From assembly GCF_056712565.1 (NCBI RefSeq), contig NZ_CM160072.1: DNA of 64,000 nucleotides; one strand, written 5' to 3'. Shown one piece after another: positions 53,995 through 64,000 of the stretch. Within the stretch, counting starts at the first letter, position 1, and each line of letters starts with the position of its first letter. Under the pieces are notes generated by a model. That model made no database searches, was not told where the DNA came from, and saw only the letters and a program-made list of their open reading frames with translations. A program made the translations under genes and the position numbers.

Positions 53995-55650
53995 ATGTTA
54001 AAACGTATCAAAATTGTGACCAGCCTACTGCTGGTTTTGGCCGTTTTTGGCCTTTTACAACTGACTTCAGGCGGTCTGTTCTTTAATGCCTTAAAGAACG
54101 ACAAAGAAAATTTCACTGTTTTACAAACCATTCGCCAGCAGCAATCCACGCTGAATGGCAGCTGGGTCGCTTTGTTGCAGACGCGTAACACCCTCAACCG
54201 CGCGGGTATCCGCTACATGATGGATCAGAACAATATTGGTAGCGGTTCAACCGTTGCTGAGCTGATGCAGAGTGCCAGTATTTCGCTGAAACAGGCGGAA
54301 AAAAACTGGGCGGATTACGAAGCGTTGCCGCGTGACCCGCGTCAGAGCACCGCCGCAGCGGCAGAGATCAAACGTAATTACGATATTTATCACAATGCGC
54401 TGGCGGAGCTGATACAACTGTTAGGTGCAGGCAAAATCAACGAGTTCTTTGATCAGCCGACCCAGGGATATCAGGACGGTTTCGAGAAGCAGTATGTGGC
54501 TTACATGGAGCAAAACGATCGGCTCTATGATATCGCCGTCAGCGATAACAATGCCTCCTACAGCCAGGCGATGTGGATTCTGGTAGGCGTGATGATCGTC
54601 GTACTGGCGGTCATCCTCGCCGTCTGGTTCGGTATTAAAGCCTCGCTGGTAGCGCCAATGAATCGCCTGATTGACAGCATTCGTCATATTGCAGGCGGCG
54701 ATCTGGTGAAACCGATTGAGGTGGATGGCTCTAATGAGATGGGGCAACTGGCAGAGAGTTTGCGCCATATGCAGGGAGAGCTGATGCGTACCGTCGGTGA
54801 TGTGCGCAACGGGGCCAATGCCATCTATAGCGGTGCCAGCGAAATCGCCACCGGCAATAACGATCTCTCTTCGCGCACCGAGCAACAGGCCGCTTCGCTG
54901 GAAGAGACGGCAGCCAGCATGGAGCAACTGACCGCAACGGTGAAACAGAATGCCGAAAATGCGCGCCAGGCCAGCCATCTGGCGTTAAGTGCTTCCGAAA
55001 CGGCGCAACGCGGCGGCAAAGTGGTGGATAACGTGGTGCAGACCATGCGCGATATCTCCACCAGTTCGCAGAAAATCGCCGATATTATCAGCGTAATTGA
55101 CGGCATTGCCTTCCAGACCAATATTCTGGCTTTGAACGCGGCGGTTGAGGCTGCGCGTGCGGGTGAGCAAGGACGCGGTTTTGCGGTGGTCGCGGGAGAA
55201 GTGCGTAATCTGGCCCAGCGTAGCGCTCAGGCTGCTCGTGAAATTAAAAGCCTGATTGAAGACTCGGTGGGGAAAGTGGATGTTGGCTCTACGCTGGTCG
55301 AAAGCGCCGGGGAAACAATGGCGGAGATTGTCAGTGCCGTGACCCGCGTGACGGACATTATGGGCGAAATTGCTTCTGCTTCTGATGAGCAGAGCCGTGG
55401 TATCGATCAGGTTGGCTTAGCGGTTGCTGAGATGGACCGGGTAACTCAACAGAACGCCGCGCTGGTGGAAGAATCTGCCGCCGCCGCCGCCGCGCTGGAA
55501 GAACAGGCCAGTCGCCTGACCGAAGCAGTGGCAGTGTTCCGGATTCAGCAACAGCAGCGTGAAGCATCGGCTGTGGTAAAAACCGTGACGCCAGCTACGC
55601 CGCGCAAAATGGCCGTGGCAGATAGCGAGGAGAACTGGGAAACGTTTTAA
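53995..55650 (+). CDS. tsr: Methyl-accepting chemotaxis protein I (serine chemoreceptor) Tsr
   Basis: 551-aa ORF with TM1, periplasmic domain, HAMP and conserved signalling domain ([41 protein letters not shown]) and C-terminal NWETF. Confidence 0.95.
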   Translation: MLKRIKIVTSLLLVLAVFGLLQLTSGGLFFNALKNDKENFTVLQTIRQQQSTLNGSWVALLQTRNTLNRAGIRYMMDQNNIGSGSTVAELMQSASISLKQAEKNWADYEALPRDPRQSTAAAAEIKRNYDIYHNALAELIQLLGAGKINEFFDQPTQGYQDGFEKQYVAYMEQNDRLYDIAVSDNNASYSQAMWILVGVMIVVLAVILAVWFGIKASLVAPMNRLIDSIRHIAGGDLVKPIEVDGSNEMGQLAESLRHMQGELMRTVGDVRNGANAIYSGASEIATGNNDLSSRTEQQAASLEETAASMEQLTATVKQNAENARQASHLALSASETAQRGGKVVDNVVQTMRDISTSSQKIADIISVIDGIAFQTNILALNAAVEAARAGEQGRGFAVVAGEVRNLAQRSAQAAREIKSLIEDSVGKVDVGSTLVESAGETMAEIVSAVTRVTDIMGEIASASDEQSRGIDQVGLAVAEMDRVTQQNAALVEESAAAAAALEEQASRLTEAVAVFRIQQQQREASAVVKTVTPATPRKMAVADSEENWETF

Positions 55651-55659
55651 CGTAATGAT

Positions 55660-55690
55660 GCCGGATGAGTATTTCATCCGGCGTTTTTAT
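55660..55690 (+). terminator. Rho-independent terminator after tsr
   Basis: Stem GCCGGATGA/TCATCCGGC with 5-nt loop followed by GTTTTTATT; immediately after the tsr stop. Confidence 0.7.
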
Positions 55691-55692
55691 TA

Positions 55693-56964
55693 TTAAACCA
55701 GGAACAGTGAAATCGCCGGGATATATGTCACCAGCATTAGCATTAACAGTAGAGCCGCCAGTAGGGGCAGGGATTGTTTAAAGAAATTTCCCACCGAAAC
55801 TTGCGTGATATTACATACCAGCAGCATCACGGTACCTACCGGTGGCGTGAATGCGCCAATCGACAGGTTGAAGATCATGATGATGCCAAAATGCACCGGA
55901 TCGATGCCAAAGTGTTCGACCACCGGTTTTAATAGTGGTACCAGGATCAGCAAAATGGCGTTTCCTTCCAGAAACATCCCCAGCGTCAGCAGCAATATGT
56001 TGATAATCAACAGGAACATGTATTTGTTTTCGGTCAGCGAAGTCACAAAATTCGCCACTGCGACACCAGCATGTTCCATTGAGAAAATCCATCCCAATGC
56101 GGCGCTGGCCATGATTACCAGCATCACCGATGCGGTTGCGCGTGCCGTTTCGCCCAATGCTTTGACGACATGAGAAATCCGCATTTCACGATAGATAAAA
56201 AAGCCAATCGCCAGCACGATTAGCACCGCTACTGCACCTGCTTCTGTTGGGGTGAAAATGTTAGCGCGAATACCACCCACCACAGCAAAAATGAGGAACA
56301 GCGCAGGCCAGGCCTGTCCCAGCGAGAACACCACCTCTTTGCCCGTAGGCCAGCTTTCACGCGAGGGTTTAGCGTTAGTTTTGCGGGCGACAAGGTAGAC
56401 GGTAAACATCAGTACGACTGCGCATAGCAAACCAGGTACCAGTCCGGCGATAAACATTTTTCCGATAGAGACATCGGCAACCAGACCGTAAATAATCAGG
56501 GCTATTCCAGGCGGTATGATCGGGGTGACTAACGAGCCACCAGCGGTAATGGCGGCGGCAAACGCGCGATTGTAGCCTTTACGTTCCATCTCCGGCACCA
56601 TCATGCGCGACAGCATCGCCGCGTCAGCAAGGTTAGAGGCGCTGACGCCGCCCATCATGGTGCTGACGAGAATGTTTGCCACGCCCAGTCCGCCGCGCAT
56701 TTTCCCCACCAGAACGTTGGCAATGTGCAGGATGCGTTCGGCAATGCCGGTGTAGCTCATTAGTGTGCCGAGCAAGATAAAAAACGGAATTGCCAGCAAT
56801 GATGGGCTTTGCGTTGGCGCGATTAGTCTTTGCACGGCAATTTCAATCGGTACGCTGGAGAAGAATAAAAAGTAAGCGATGATGCCAATAAACATCGCCA
56901 GATAGACCCGAATGTTGAGAAACAAACAGACGATCATTAGCGGAATAATCAATAACCAACTCAT
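55693..56964 (-). CDS. TRAP transporter large permease (DctM family)
   Basis: 423-aa polytopic ORF; 4-nt overlap with the upstream DctQ-like gene. Confidence 0.8.
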   Translation of the reverse strand: MSWLLIIPLMIVCLFLNIRVYLAMFIGIIAYFLFFSSVPIEIAVQRLIAPTQSPSLLAIPFFILLGTLMSYTGIAERILHIANVLVGKMRGGLGVANILVSTMMGGVSASNLADAAMLSRMMVPEMERKGYNRAFAAAITAGGSLVTPIIPPGIALIIYGLVADVSIGKMFIAGLVPGLLCAVVLMFTVYLVARKTNAKPSRESWPTGKEVVFSLGQAWPALFLIFAVVGGIRANIFTPTEAGAVAVLIVLAIGFFIYREMRISHVVKALGETARATASVMLVIMASAALGWIFSMEHAGVAVANFVTSLTENKYMFLLIINILLLTLGMFLEGNAILLILVPLLKPVVEHFGIDPVHFGIIMIFNLSIGAFTPPVGTVMLLVCNITQVSVGNFFKQSLPLLAALLLMLMLVTYIPAISLFLV

Positions 56965-57434
56965 TGCATTTTGTCTCCGCTATCGGATTGTTTTGTATCG
57001 TTTATTAACCAGTAGAGGGTATAAATAGCCGTTGCCAGTGCGCCGACAGGGACCGCCAGATCGATCCAGAACCAGGAAACTTTCAGAATTTGTGTCACTT
57101 TAAACTGCGCCATTTCGGCTAGTCGGTAGCCCAGCCAGGCCATATAAAGCAGCAGTGCGATGGAGAGAAGGGCGACCAGTACTGCAATAACACGCCTGAG
57201 TTTGCCTGGAAGCATCTCCATCAGGAAGGGAATGGTCAGGTGCGCCCTGTCACGTTCCGCCACCACTCCACCTAACATCACCACCCAAATCATCAGCATT
57301 CCCGACATTTCTTCTGTCCATTGAAGCGGTTGGCCGATGAAATAACGCATAAATACCGCTCCAATTGTCACCACAACCAGAACGAATAGCGCAAAGGCAG
57401 CACTAAATTCTGCCACTTTGCCAAAAAGACGCAT
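56961..57434 (-). CDS. TRAP transporter small permease (DctQ family)
   Basis: 157-aa ORF with four predicted TM helices between the DctP-like and DctM-like genes. Confidence 0.75.
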   Translation of the reverse strand: MRLFGKVAEFSAAFALFVLVVVTIGAVFMRYFIGQPLQWTEEMSGMLMIWVVMLGGVVAERDRAHLTIPFLMEMLPGKLRRVIAVLVALLSIALLLYMAWLGYRLAEMAQFKVTQILKVSWFWIDLAVPVGALATAIYTLYWLINDTKQSDSGDKMQ

Positions 57435-57497
57435 GAAACCTCCTGTTAGTGCGTGTCCTGCCTAAGAGAGATGAGGCAGGACGCTGAGCATTAATGC

Positions 57498-58469
57498 TTA
57501 TTGCAGTTGCTGTTGAATGGTTTCGTACAGACCTGGTGTCCATTCCGGGAATTGAGAGTAAACTTCGCGTGCTTTCTTCTGGAATGGTCCAGTATCGGGA
57601 TAGATCACTTCGACGCCGGCTGCCTGCATGGTTTTCAACATTTCGGCATCACGCTCAAGAGTGAGTTTCTGGCTATAGACACCCGCTTCATAGCCGGTCT
57701 GGTGGATCATCTCCAGTTGTTCTGGTGAAAGGGTGCTAAAGAAGGCTTCACCACCTATCCACACTGAGGTATTTGTCAGGTAGTTAACCATTGTCAGATA
57801 TCTTGCCTGCTCATACAGTTTTTGCCCTTGCAGCACTGAAATTGGGTTTTCTACGCCGTCAATAACGCCCTGGGTTAATGCGGGATAAACTTCGCCTAAT
57901 GGCATGGGAGTTGGTGTTGCCCCCATCGCCTGAATGGCTTTTATTTGCATGACGTTATTAGGAACGCGAATTTTTAAACCTGCGAGATCGTCAACGGTGC
58001 GAATGGGTTTTTTCGAAATAATCTGTCGAGTGCCATAGAGATAATTATTCATTACCACATGAATTCCCTTTTTCTTCAGACTTTCATTTTTTTGTTTAAA
58101 CCAGTCGCTTTCATATATTTTGAACAGTTTTTGCGGATCGTCAGTCAGATACGGTCCAAACAAAATCCCCAAATCGGGTTCATAATCGGCAAGAAAAGCC
58201 ACATCACTCAAGGTTATGACATTCATGCCCATCATGGCTTGCTCGGTGACATCCTGTTTTGATCCCAATTGGGAGCTGGGATAGAGCGCAAGTGTTATTT
58301 CGCCATTACTTTTTTTATTTAATAGGTCTGCCCAGTAACGCATGACCACATCCAGGGGTTCTCCAGGGTTATTTTCATAGGCAACTTTTATTGAAATAGG
58401 TTTTGCCTGGATTATTGACGGTAAAAAAAGGGTACTGACAGTAATTAGCATCGCTATTATTTTGCTCAT
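57498..58469 (-). CDS. TRAP transporter periplasmic solute-binding protein (DctP family)
   Basis: 323-aa ORF with signal peptide MSKIIAMLITVSTLFLPSIIQA; first gene of a dctPQM-type operon; AT-rich codon usage. Confidence 0.8.
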   Translation of the reverse strand: MSKIIAMLITVSTLFLPSIIQAKPISIKVAYENNPGEPLDVVMRYWADLLNKKSNGEITLALYPSSQLGSKQDVTEQAMMGMNVITLSDVAFLADYEPDLGILFGPYLTDDPQKLFKIYESDWFKQKNESLKKKGIHVVMNNYLYGTRQIISKKPIRTVDDLAGLKIRVPNNVMQIKAIQAMGATPTPMPLGEVYPALTQGVIDGVENPISVLQGQKLYEQARYLTMVNYLTNTSVWIGGEAFFSTLSPEQLEMIHQTGYEAGVYSQKLTLERDAEMLKTMQAAGVEVIYPDTGPFQKKAREVYSQFPEWTPGLYETIQQQLQ

Positions 58470-59159
58470 CTTTACTTACTCCATGCTAAGGAAATAAAAC
58501 TCCAACATTGTTGTCGGGAGTGAAACCTTATGAAAAAGCAGTCATTACTGAAAAGTAGTCAGCGAATAGCAGAATGGCTGCAGATGTATCATAAATTCGT
58601 GCACCGGGTAATACTTTGCTGCTTTTAATCGGTTTTTAATGCATTTTTTGATTGTATATCTTAAAGTTATGTAATGCATGACGTTACAAGGAACACCCTC
58701 TGATGAGTTTAGTTACCGCTGATAAGATCTCTTATTCTGTTGATGATTTATTAAAAATAAAATCATTAATTTGGCTGCGGCCATTTTAAATTGTCAATAC
58801 AGATAAAAACTAAGTGTTGACGCAGAATGGTGGTATCCATTAAATTTATTTAGTGCTGATTTAATACATTTGCTGAACGTATAATTCATGCTGATATTAA
58901 AAGAAAACCGTCATTCACTAAATAACTTGTTCGGCAAGGAAATCAGAGAGTAACGGATGATTCGTTACAACGGGGAAAGGCAGTAAATATTCACGTGGTG
59001 AATTTGTTATCAACTTGAAAACTCATTTTACTGGGTTCCTTCTGATCATGTGAGTGAACGCAGTGATTAATGATTAACGTTAAGTGCTAACCAGAGCGCT
59101 TTTTATGAAGTTAAATTAATAATATCCATTATTTATGAATGAGGAAGCCTGTTTATTAT

Positions 59160-60812
59160 ATGGAAATACTTTTAACAATTTTAATTCTTACGTTGGTAGT
59201 ATCATTAACCAGCGTGCTTACACGTCTGTCTCCTGTCCAGATACCACTTCCTTTAATCCAGATTGCCGCTGGCGCAGTACTGGCCCAGCCTATATTTGGT
59301 CTGCATGTGGAATTCAATCCTGAACTTTTTCTCTTATTGTTTATACCACCCCTGTTGTTTGCTGAAAGTTCAAAAATACAACCTAAAGAATTGATCAAGC
59401 ACAGCCGGGAAATTATCAGCCTGGCACTTGTGTTGGTACTAATCACTATTTTTTGTGTCGGCTATGTGATTCATTTACTCTTACCGAATGTGCCGCTCAT
59501 CGCTGCTTTCGCATTAGCCGCCGTGTTGTCGCCTACCGATGCCGTGGCGTTGCTGGGGATTGTCGGGAAAGGGCGTATCAGCAAAAACATCCAGGAAGTG
59601 CTCGAAGGCGAAGCGTTGATGAATGATGCTTCCGGCCTGGTGGCGTTGAAATTTGCTGTTGCAGTGACGATGGGAACGATGGAATTCAGCGTTCATGGCG
59701 CAACCATTGCGTTTTTTGTCGTTGCGTTGGGCGGTATTGCCGTGGGGATCGCTGTTACCTGGTTATATGGTAAAGGGCTGCTGTTGATCAGCCGATATGC
59801 TCACGATGAACCTTCCATTCAGATTGTATTGATGCTTCTGTTGCCGTTTATTGTTTATCTGGTTGCGGAACATTTTGGCTTATCTGGCATTCTTGCCGCT
59901 GTCGCCGCGGGGTTAACAACCAGTCGCATTGGTGTAGTCCACCACGCGCCTATTCGCCTGAGAATTAAAGCTAAAAGTAGCTGGTCGATGCTTGAATATG
60001 TCTTTAACGGCATGGTGTTTCTGATTTTAGGCTTACAACTGCCGGGCATTATTTCGGAATCACTGATCCGTGCAGAAAACGATCCACTGGTGGACACCGG
60101 ATCGCTGCTCCTTGATGTCATTTGGATCTACCTGGCGTTAATGGTTGTGCGCCTGGGCTGGCTTTGGCTGATGCGTCTGTATAGCCGTAAACGACCCGGC
60201 AAACATCCGATGCTGTTTGCTGGATATAAAACGCGTCATATGCTGCTGGCGACCTTTGCGGGGGTGCGCGGAGCTATCACGCTTGCGGGGGTGCTTTCTA
60301 TCCCGTTATTGCTGCCGGATGGCACACCTTTTCCCGGGCGTTACTTGCTGGTATTTCTCGCCACAGGTGTGATCCTCTTTTCGCTGGTTTGCGGCATTAT
60401 TATTCTGCCGTTATTACTGGGGAAAAATGTGGGGATTTTCAGCGATAACCGACAAAAAGAAGAGGAAGCTGCCGATCTGTTTATGGCTAAAATGGCCATA
60501 CTGAGTGTGCAAAAGACCGAGCAACGTTTGCTGCGCGCCAGAACAGAAAACCTCGATAACGAGTTGATTATGGAAACGGGGGCCAGAGTTATCGGTTATA
60601 TGCGACATAGTGAAGAGGATATGTCGCCTAATGATAATTCCCTGCATATGCAGCGTGCGAAGCTGGAAAGAACATTTAATCTGGCGGCGTTAAATGCCAA
60701 ACGCGCGGCTATTTACCAGATGCGCGCAAGGCAAGAAGTCAGTGATGAAACACTGGCAAAAATAGTCAGTGAATTAGATGTGCTGGAAACGTTAATCATG
60801 GATAGCCGATAA
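59160..60812 (+). CDS. CPA1-family Na+/H+ (cation/proton) antiporter
   Basis: ORF 59139-60812; start likely MEILLTIL; N-terminal transport domain with NhaP-like motifs (SPTDAVALLG, EGEALMNDASGLV) and a long cytoplasmic tail. Confidence 0.75.
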   Translation: MEILLTILILTLVVSLTSVLTRLSPVQIPLPLIQIAAGAVLAQPIFGLHVEFNPELFLLLFIPPLLFAESSKIQPKELIKHSREIISLALVLVLITIFCVGYVIHLLLPNVPLIAAFALAAVLSPTDAVALLGIVGKGRISKNIQEVLEGEALMNDASGLVALKFAVAVTMGTMEFSVHGATIAFFVVALGGIAVGIAVTWLYGKGLLLISRYAHDEPSIQIVLMLLLPFIVYLVAEHFGLSGILAAVAAGLTTSRIGVVHHAPIRLRIKAKSSWSMLEYVFNGMVFLILGLQLPGIISESLIRAENDPLVDTGSLLLDVIWIYLALMVVRLGWLWLMRLYSRKRPGKHPMLFAGYKTRHMLLATFAGVRGAITLAGVLSIPLLLPDGTPFPGRYLLVFLATGVILFSLVCGIIILPLLLGKNVGIFSDNRQKEEEAADLFMAKMAILSVQKTEQRLLRARTENLDNELIMETGARVIGYMRHSEEDMSPNDNSLHMQRAKLERTFNLAALNAKRAAIYQMRARQEVSDETLAKIVSELDVLETLIMDSR

Positions 60813-60982
60813 TTTTATCGCTGCCAGTAATAGGGAATTAAATGATGGCTGAGAGTAATACTTCCAGCATCGTTTATTCCCTATGTATTTCCTTATGGGC
60901 AGAACAATCGCCTGGATTAATACTGCATTAATACAACATAGTGATATAAACCAAGAATCAATGTTTTTAATCTGTACTTAAT

Positions 60983-61888
60983 TTATCGGTGATGTTGCCT
61001 GATGGAACGAATCATTGATTGTTTGGCGGTATCCAGATGGTTTCGCAACGCCGTTATTGCATCTAAATCGCTACGGCAAATCAGGGCGCTGAGAATGGTC
61101 ATATGTTCATCAACAGCAATGATATTGCGCTGTTTGAGATCGCTTTCATCCCATTGATAGTGAAAATGAAAGATCACCGATATAATTTCAAGTGATTGAT
61201 TAAAAAAGATGTTGTCAGCAGCGGATAACAGCATGGCATGAAAATCACGGTCTAATTGAGAAAACATTCGAAAGTTGCTGCCAATGCTGTCGCGCAATGT
61301 CCTGTGACGTTCGAGCATGGTTTTCGCCTGCAACCAGCGAGGGTCATCATCGGGAAGGTTGAGAAAGTGTTGCAGGGAATGTGTTTCGAGCATTTCGCGT
61401 AGCTCAAACAGCTGCTCGGCGTAGGATTGATCGAACTGCTTCATGCTCCATTGGCCGCGCTTTTCGCTTTGAATAAGATTATAACGACCGAATTTCAAAA
61501 GATATTCTCGTACCACTACCGGACTGACGCTTGCCGCTCGCGCCAGCTGAAGTTCGGAAAAGCTTTCTCCGGCGCGTAACTGGCGCAGGTTAATCATGGT
61601 GAAAAATGCCTGCTCGAAAAGACGGTTTTGCTCTTTCAGCGAGGCCGTGATGCAATCAAATCCATCGTTCTGTTCGGGTTTGCGGGCGATAACATAATTT
61701 TTCCCCACCAGGGTGAGCACGCCACATGCGCTTAAATGCTGGAGTATGTGGCGTACCGTAGTGCGACTGATGTTATACATTTCTGCCAGTCCGCTTTGTG
61801 AAGGCAGCGGAGAAGGAATATTGCCCCTCGCCATATCTTCAATCACCTGATTTATGACGCTATGACGTAAATTCTGCGAACGACTCAT
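60983..61888 (-). CDS. lgoR: GntR-family regulator LgoR (YjjM)
   Basis: 301-aa ORF with N-terminal HTH; divergent from lgoD as in K-12. Confidence 0.75.
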   Translation of the reverse strand: MSRSQNLRHSVINQVIEDMARGNIPSPLPSQSGLAEMYNISRTTVRHILQHLSACGVLTLVGKNYVIARKPEQNDGFDCITASLKEQNRLFEQAFFTMINLRQLRAGESFSELQLARAASVSPVVVREYLLKFGRYNLIQSEKRGQWSMKQFDQSYAEQLFELREMLETHSLQHFLNLPDDDPRWLQAKTMLERHRTLRDSIGSNFRMFSQLDRDFHAMLLSAADNIFFNQSLEIISVIFHFHYQWDESDLKQRNIIAVDEHMTILSALICRSDLDAITALRNHLDTAKQSMIRSIRQHHR

Positions 61889-62026
61889 TCTTCCCTCCAG
61901 TCCGGCATTAAAAGCCGATTTAAAACATTTTTATGCGCGATCATCCGCATATTTTATGGGTAAATTCAGGCGCTCTTATAAATTCGACGATATCTGAAAG
62001 TCATAAAATAAAAGGAGCGGTGAATC

Positions 62027-63049
62027 ATGTCCACAATGAAAGTATTAATTTGTCAGGAAATAAAGAATTTAGTATGGGAAGTCCGGGAAAGACCGGTGCC
62101 AGGCGATAATGAAGCATTAATTAAAATTAAAACTGTCGGGATTTGCGGTACAGATATTCATGCCTGGGCGGGCAATCAGCCATTTTTTAGTTATCCACGC
62201 GTTTTAGGCCATGAAATATGTGGGGAGATTATTGAATCAGGAAAAAACATTCACAATTTTAATATCGGACAGCAAGTTGCGGTAATTCCGTATATTTCTT
62301 GTCAGCAATGCCCGGCGTGTAAAAGCGGTCGTACCAATTGCTGTGAAAAAATTTCAGTCATGGGCGTGCATCAGGATGGCGGTTTTAGTGAGTATTTGAG
62401 CGTGCCGGTGGCGAACATTTTGCCCGCAGACGGTATTGACCCGCAGGCGGCAGCATTGATTGAACCTTTCGCTATTAGCGCTCATGCGGTGCGTCGTGCA
62501 GCCATTGCACCCAGCGAGCAGGTGCTGGTGGTCGGGGCGGGGCCAATCGGTCTGGGCGCGGCGGCAATCGCTAAAGCCGATGGCGCGCAGGTGGTGGTGG
62601 CGGATACCAGTCCGGCGCGTCGTGAACATGTGGCAACGCGTCTGGAATTACCTGTTCTGGACCCGTCAGCCGAAGATTTTGACGCGCAGCTGCGGGCGCA
62701 GTTTGGTGGTTCGCTGGCGCAGAAAGTGATTGACGCGACAGGTAATCAACATGCGATGAATAACACCGTAAATCTGATTCGTCACGGCGGCACGGTGGTA
62801 TTTGTCGGCCTGTTTAAAGGTGAGTTGCAGTTCTCCGATCCGGAATTCCATAAAAAAGAAACGACGATGATGGGCAGCCGCAACGCCACGCCGGAAGATT
62901 TCGCTAAAGTCGGTCGATTGATGGCGGAAGGGAAAATCACTGCCGACATGATGTTAACCCATCGCTATCCGTTCGCCACGCTGGCAGAAACCTACGAGCG
63001 CGATGTGATTAACAATCGTGAGTTGATTAAGGGCGTAATTACTTTCTGA
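62027..63049 (+). CDS. lgoD: L-galactonate 5-dehydrogenase LgoD (YjjN), Zn-dependent MDR family
   Basis: 340-aa ORF with catalytic-Zn motif (GHEICGEI), structural-Zn Cys cluster and Rossmann motif VVGAGPIGLGAA. Confidence 0.85.
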   Translation: MSTMKVLICQEIKNLVWEVRERPVPGDNEALIKIKTVGICGTDIHAWAGNQPFFSYPRVLGHEICGEIIESGKNIHNFNIGQQVAVIPYISCQQCPACKSGRTNCCEKISVMGVHQDGGFSEYLSVPVANILPADGIDPQAAALIEPFAISAHAVRRAAIAPSEQVLVVGAGPIGLGAAAIAKADGAQVVVADTSPARREHVATRLELPVLDPSAEDFDAQLRAQFGGSLAQKVIDATGNQHAMNNTVNLIRHGGTVVFVGLFKGELQFSDPEFHKKETTMMGSRNATPEDFAKVGRLMAEGKITADMMLTHRYPFATLAETYERDVINNRELIKGVITF

Positions 63050-63148
63050 TAAGGCGAGATTATTCAAGTTGCCATGCAGCGTCCGGGGAAGTGTTGGGCG
63101 CTGTTTTTTTTCTGTTTCTCAATAATGTTTTGTAGGCCGGAGAAGGTG

Positions 63149-63175
63149 TGTAGGTCGCACTTTATGCGACCTACA
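63149..63175. repeat. Palindromic hairpin between convergent lgoD and the final gene
   Basis: TGTAGGTCGCACTTTATGCGACCTACA. Confidence 0.45.
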
Positions 63176-63188
63176 CATCAGTCAGGAA

Positions 63189-64000
63189 TTACCCTTCACG
63201 TTCTACCACTTTAATTTCCACCATGCCGATCCCGAGCTTACGCGGCGAGTGCCCGAGGATATTCCCTTCGTTGGTTGAGACAGGTTCCGGTGGCACAATT
63301 ACCAGTGTGTCGGCATCGGTTGGGTTATCGAAATGCAGTGTGGTGGTGGTCACTTCATTGCCCAGCACAAGGGTTTGTTCTTCATTGCCTACGCGTACCG
63401 GAATAGGACGGCTGGCGTTATTGCCGTATGCTTTGGCGGTAATCACCAGGTCAAATTTCTTCGGCAGCGGATGCTTGTACTCGATTTTTACTTCATCGCC
63501 CAGCTGTGCGTTGGACCAGCGGCCCCACGACTCTGGACGAGAAATCCCGCTAAACTGTTTCACCTCTTCTGGCGCACCAGCGACGTTAAAGATGAAACTG
63601 TCGGCTTTGTAGCGAATATCGTTATCAACAATCTTTAGCGTATCGACATTGCCTTTGTAACGCGCCATGTCGATGACCGTATCTTTAAATGCCGTTTTTC
63701 CCTTCCATATTGCTTTGTCAACATGCTGAACAATTTGCTGACCGCCAAGCTGCCCTTGCGAGACACACCAGTCGGTGGAGAGTGCCAGTTCCGGAGCCCA
63801 GAGTTGTGCCATCTTGTAGCAACGGTCAACCCAGACGAAATTGTCGCGTGGAGCGAAATCTGCCAGCTGGAAACGCAGCGGTGCTGAGTATTCGCTTTCC
63901 GGCAGCGGTTCCACGCGTTTGTCTGAAACCCGCAACAGCAGCGGCAAACGGAAATGGCTACCTGAGAAGGCAATCATGTTTTTCTGCTGGTCGATGGTGA
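63189..64000 (-). CDS. opgB: 3' end of a large gene, probably phosphoglycerol transferase OpgB (MdoB) by synteny; continues past window end
   Basis: Minus-strand ORF with stop at 63189 and no start before 64000; position after lgoD matches K-12 order; identity from synteny only. Confidence 0.5.
   Translation of the reverse strand, partial: TIDQQKNMIAFSGSHFRLPLLLRVSDKRVEPLPESEYSAPLRFQLADFAPRDNFVWVDRCYKMAQLWAPELALSTDWCVSQGQLGGQQIVQHVDKAIWKGKTAFKDTVIDMARYKGNVDTLKIVDNDIRYKADSFIFNVAGAPEEVKQFSGISRPESWGRWSNAQLGDEVKIEYKHPLPKKFDLVITAKAYGNNASRPIPVRVGNEEQTLVLGNEVTTTTLHFDNPTDADTLVIVPPEPVSTNEGNILGHSPRKLGIGMVEIKVVEREG

Overview
This window reads as an Escherichia coli-type chromosomal segment, recognised from protein sequences and gene order (no database search was possible), matching the K-12 map from the sgc/yjh tail of the KpLE2-like island through nanCMS, the complete fim cluster, gntP-uxuAB-uxuR, the yjiC-yjiN block, the immigration control region, btsT and tsr, to lgoR-lgoD and the 3' end of a probable opgB. 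Gene starts were set from the six-frame ORF track plus remembered K-12 protein lengths, so several starts are approximate. Departures from the K-12 arrangement, as I remember it, are the most interesting part: (1) the McrBC position between rpnD and symE is occupied by a single DUF262/DUF1524 (GmrSD-like) gene, a candidate type IV restriction/defence enzyme; (2) the fim switch is in the ON orientation and carries 36-bp perfect terminal inverted repeats plus an internal 18-bp-stem palindrome; (3) a TRAP transporter and a CPA1 Na+/H+ antiporter sit where lgoT is expected; (4) the TopAI toxin gene has a homopolymer frameshift; (5) the type I hsdS has EcoKI-like conserved regions but different target-recognition domains. 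No rRNA, tRNA, CRISPR array or IS transposase was seen.
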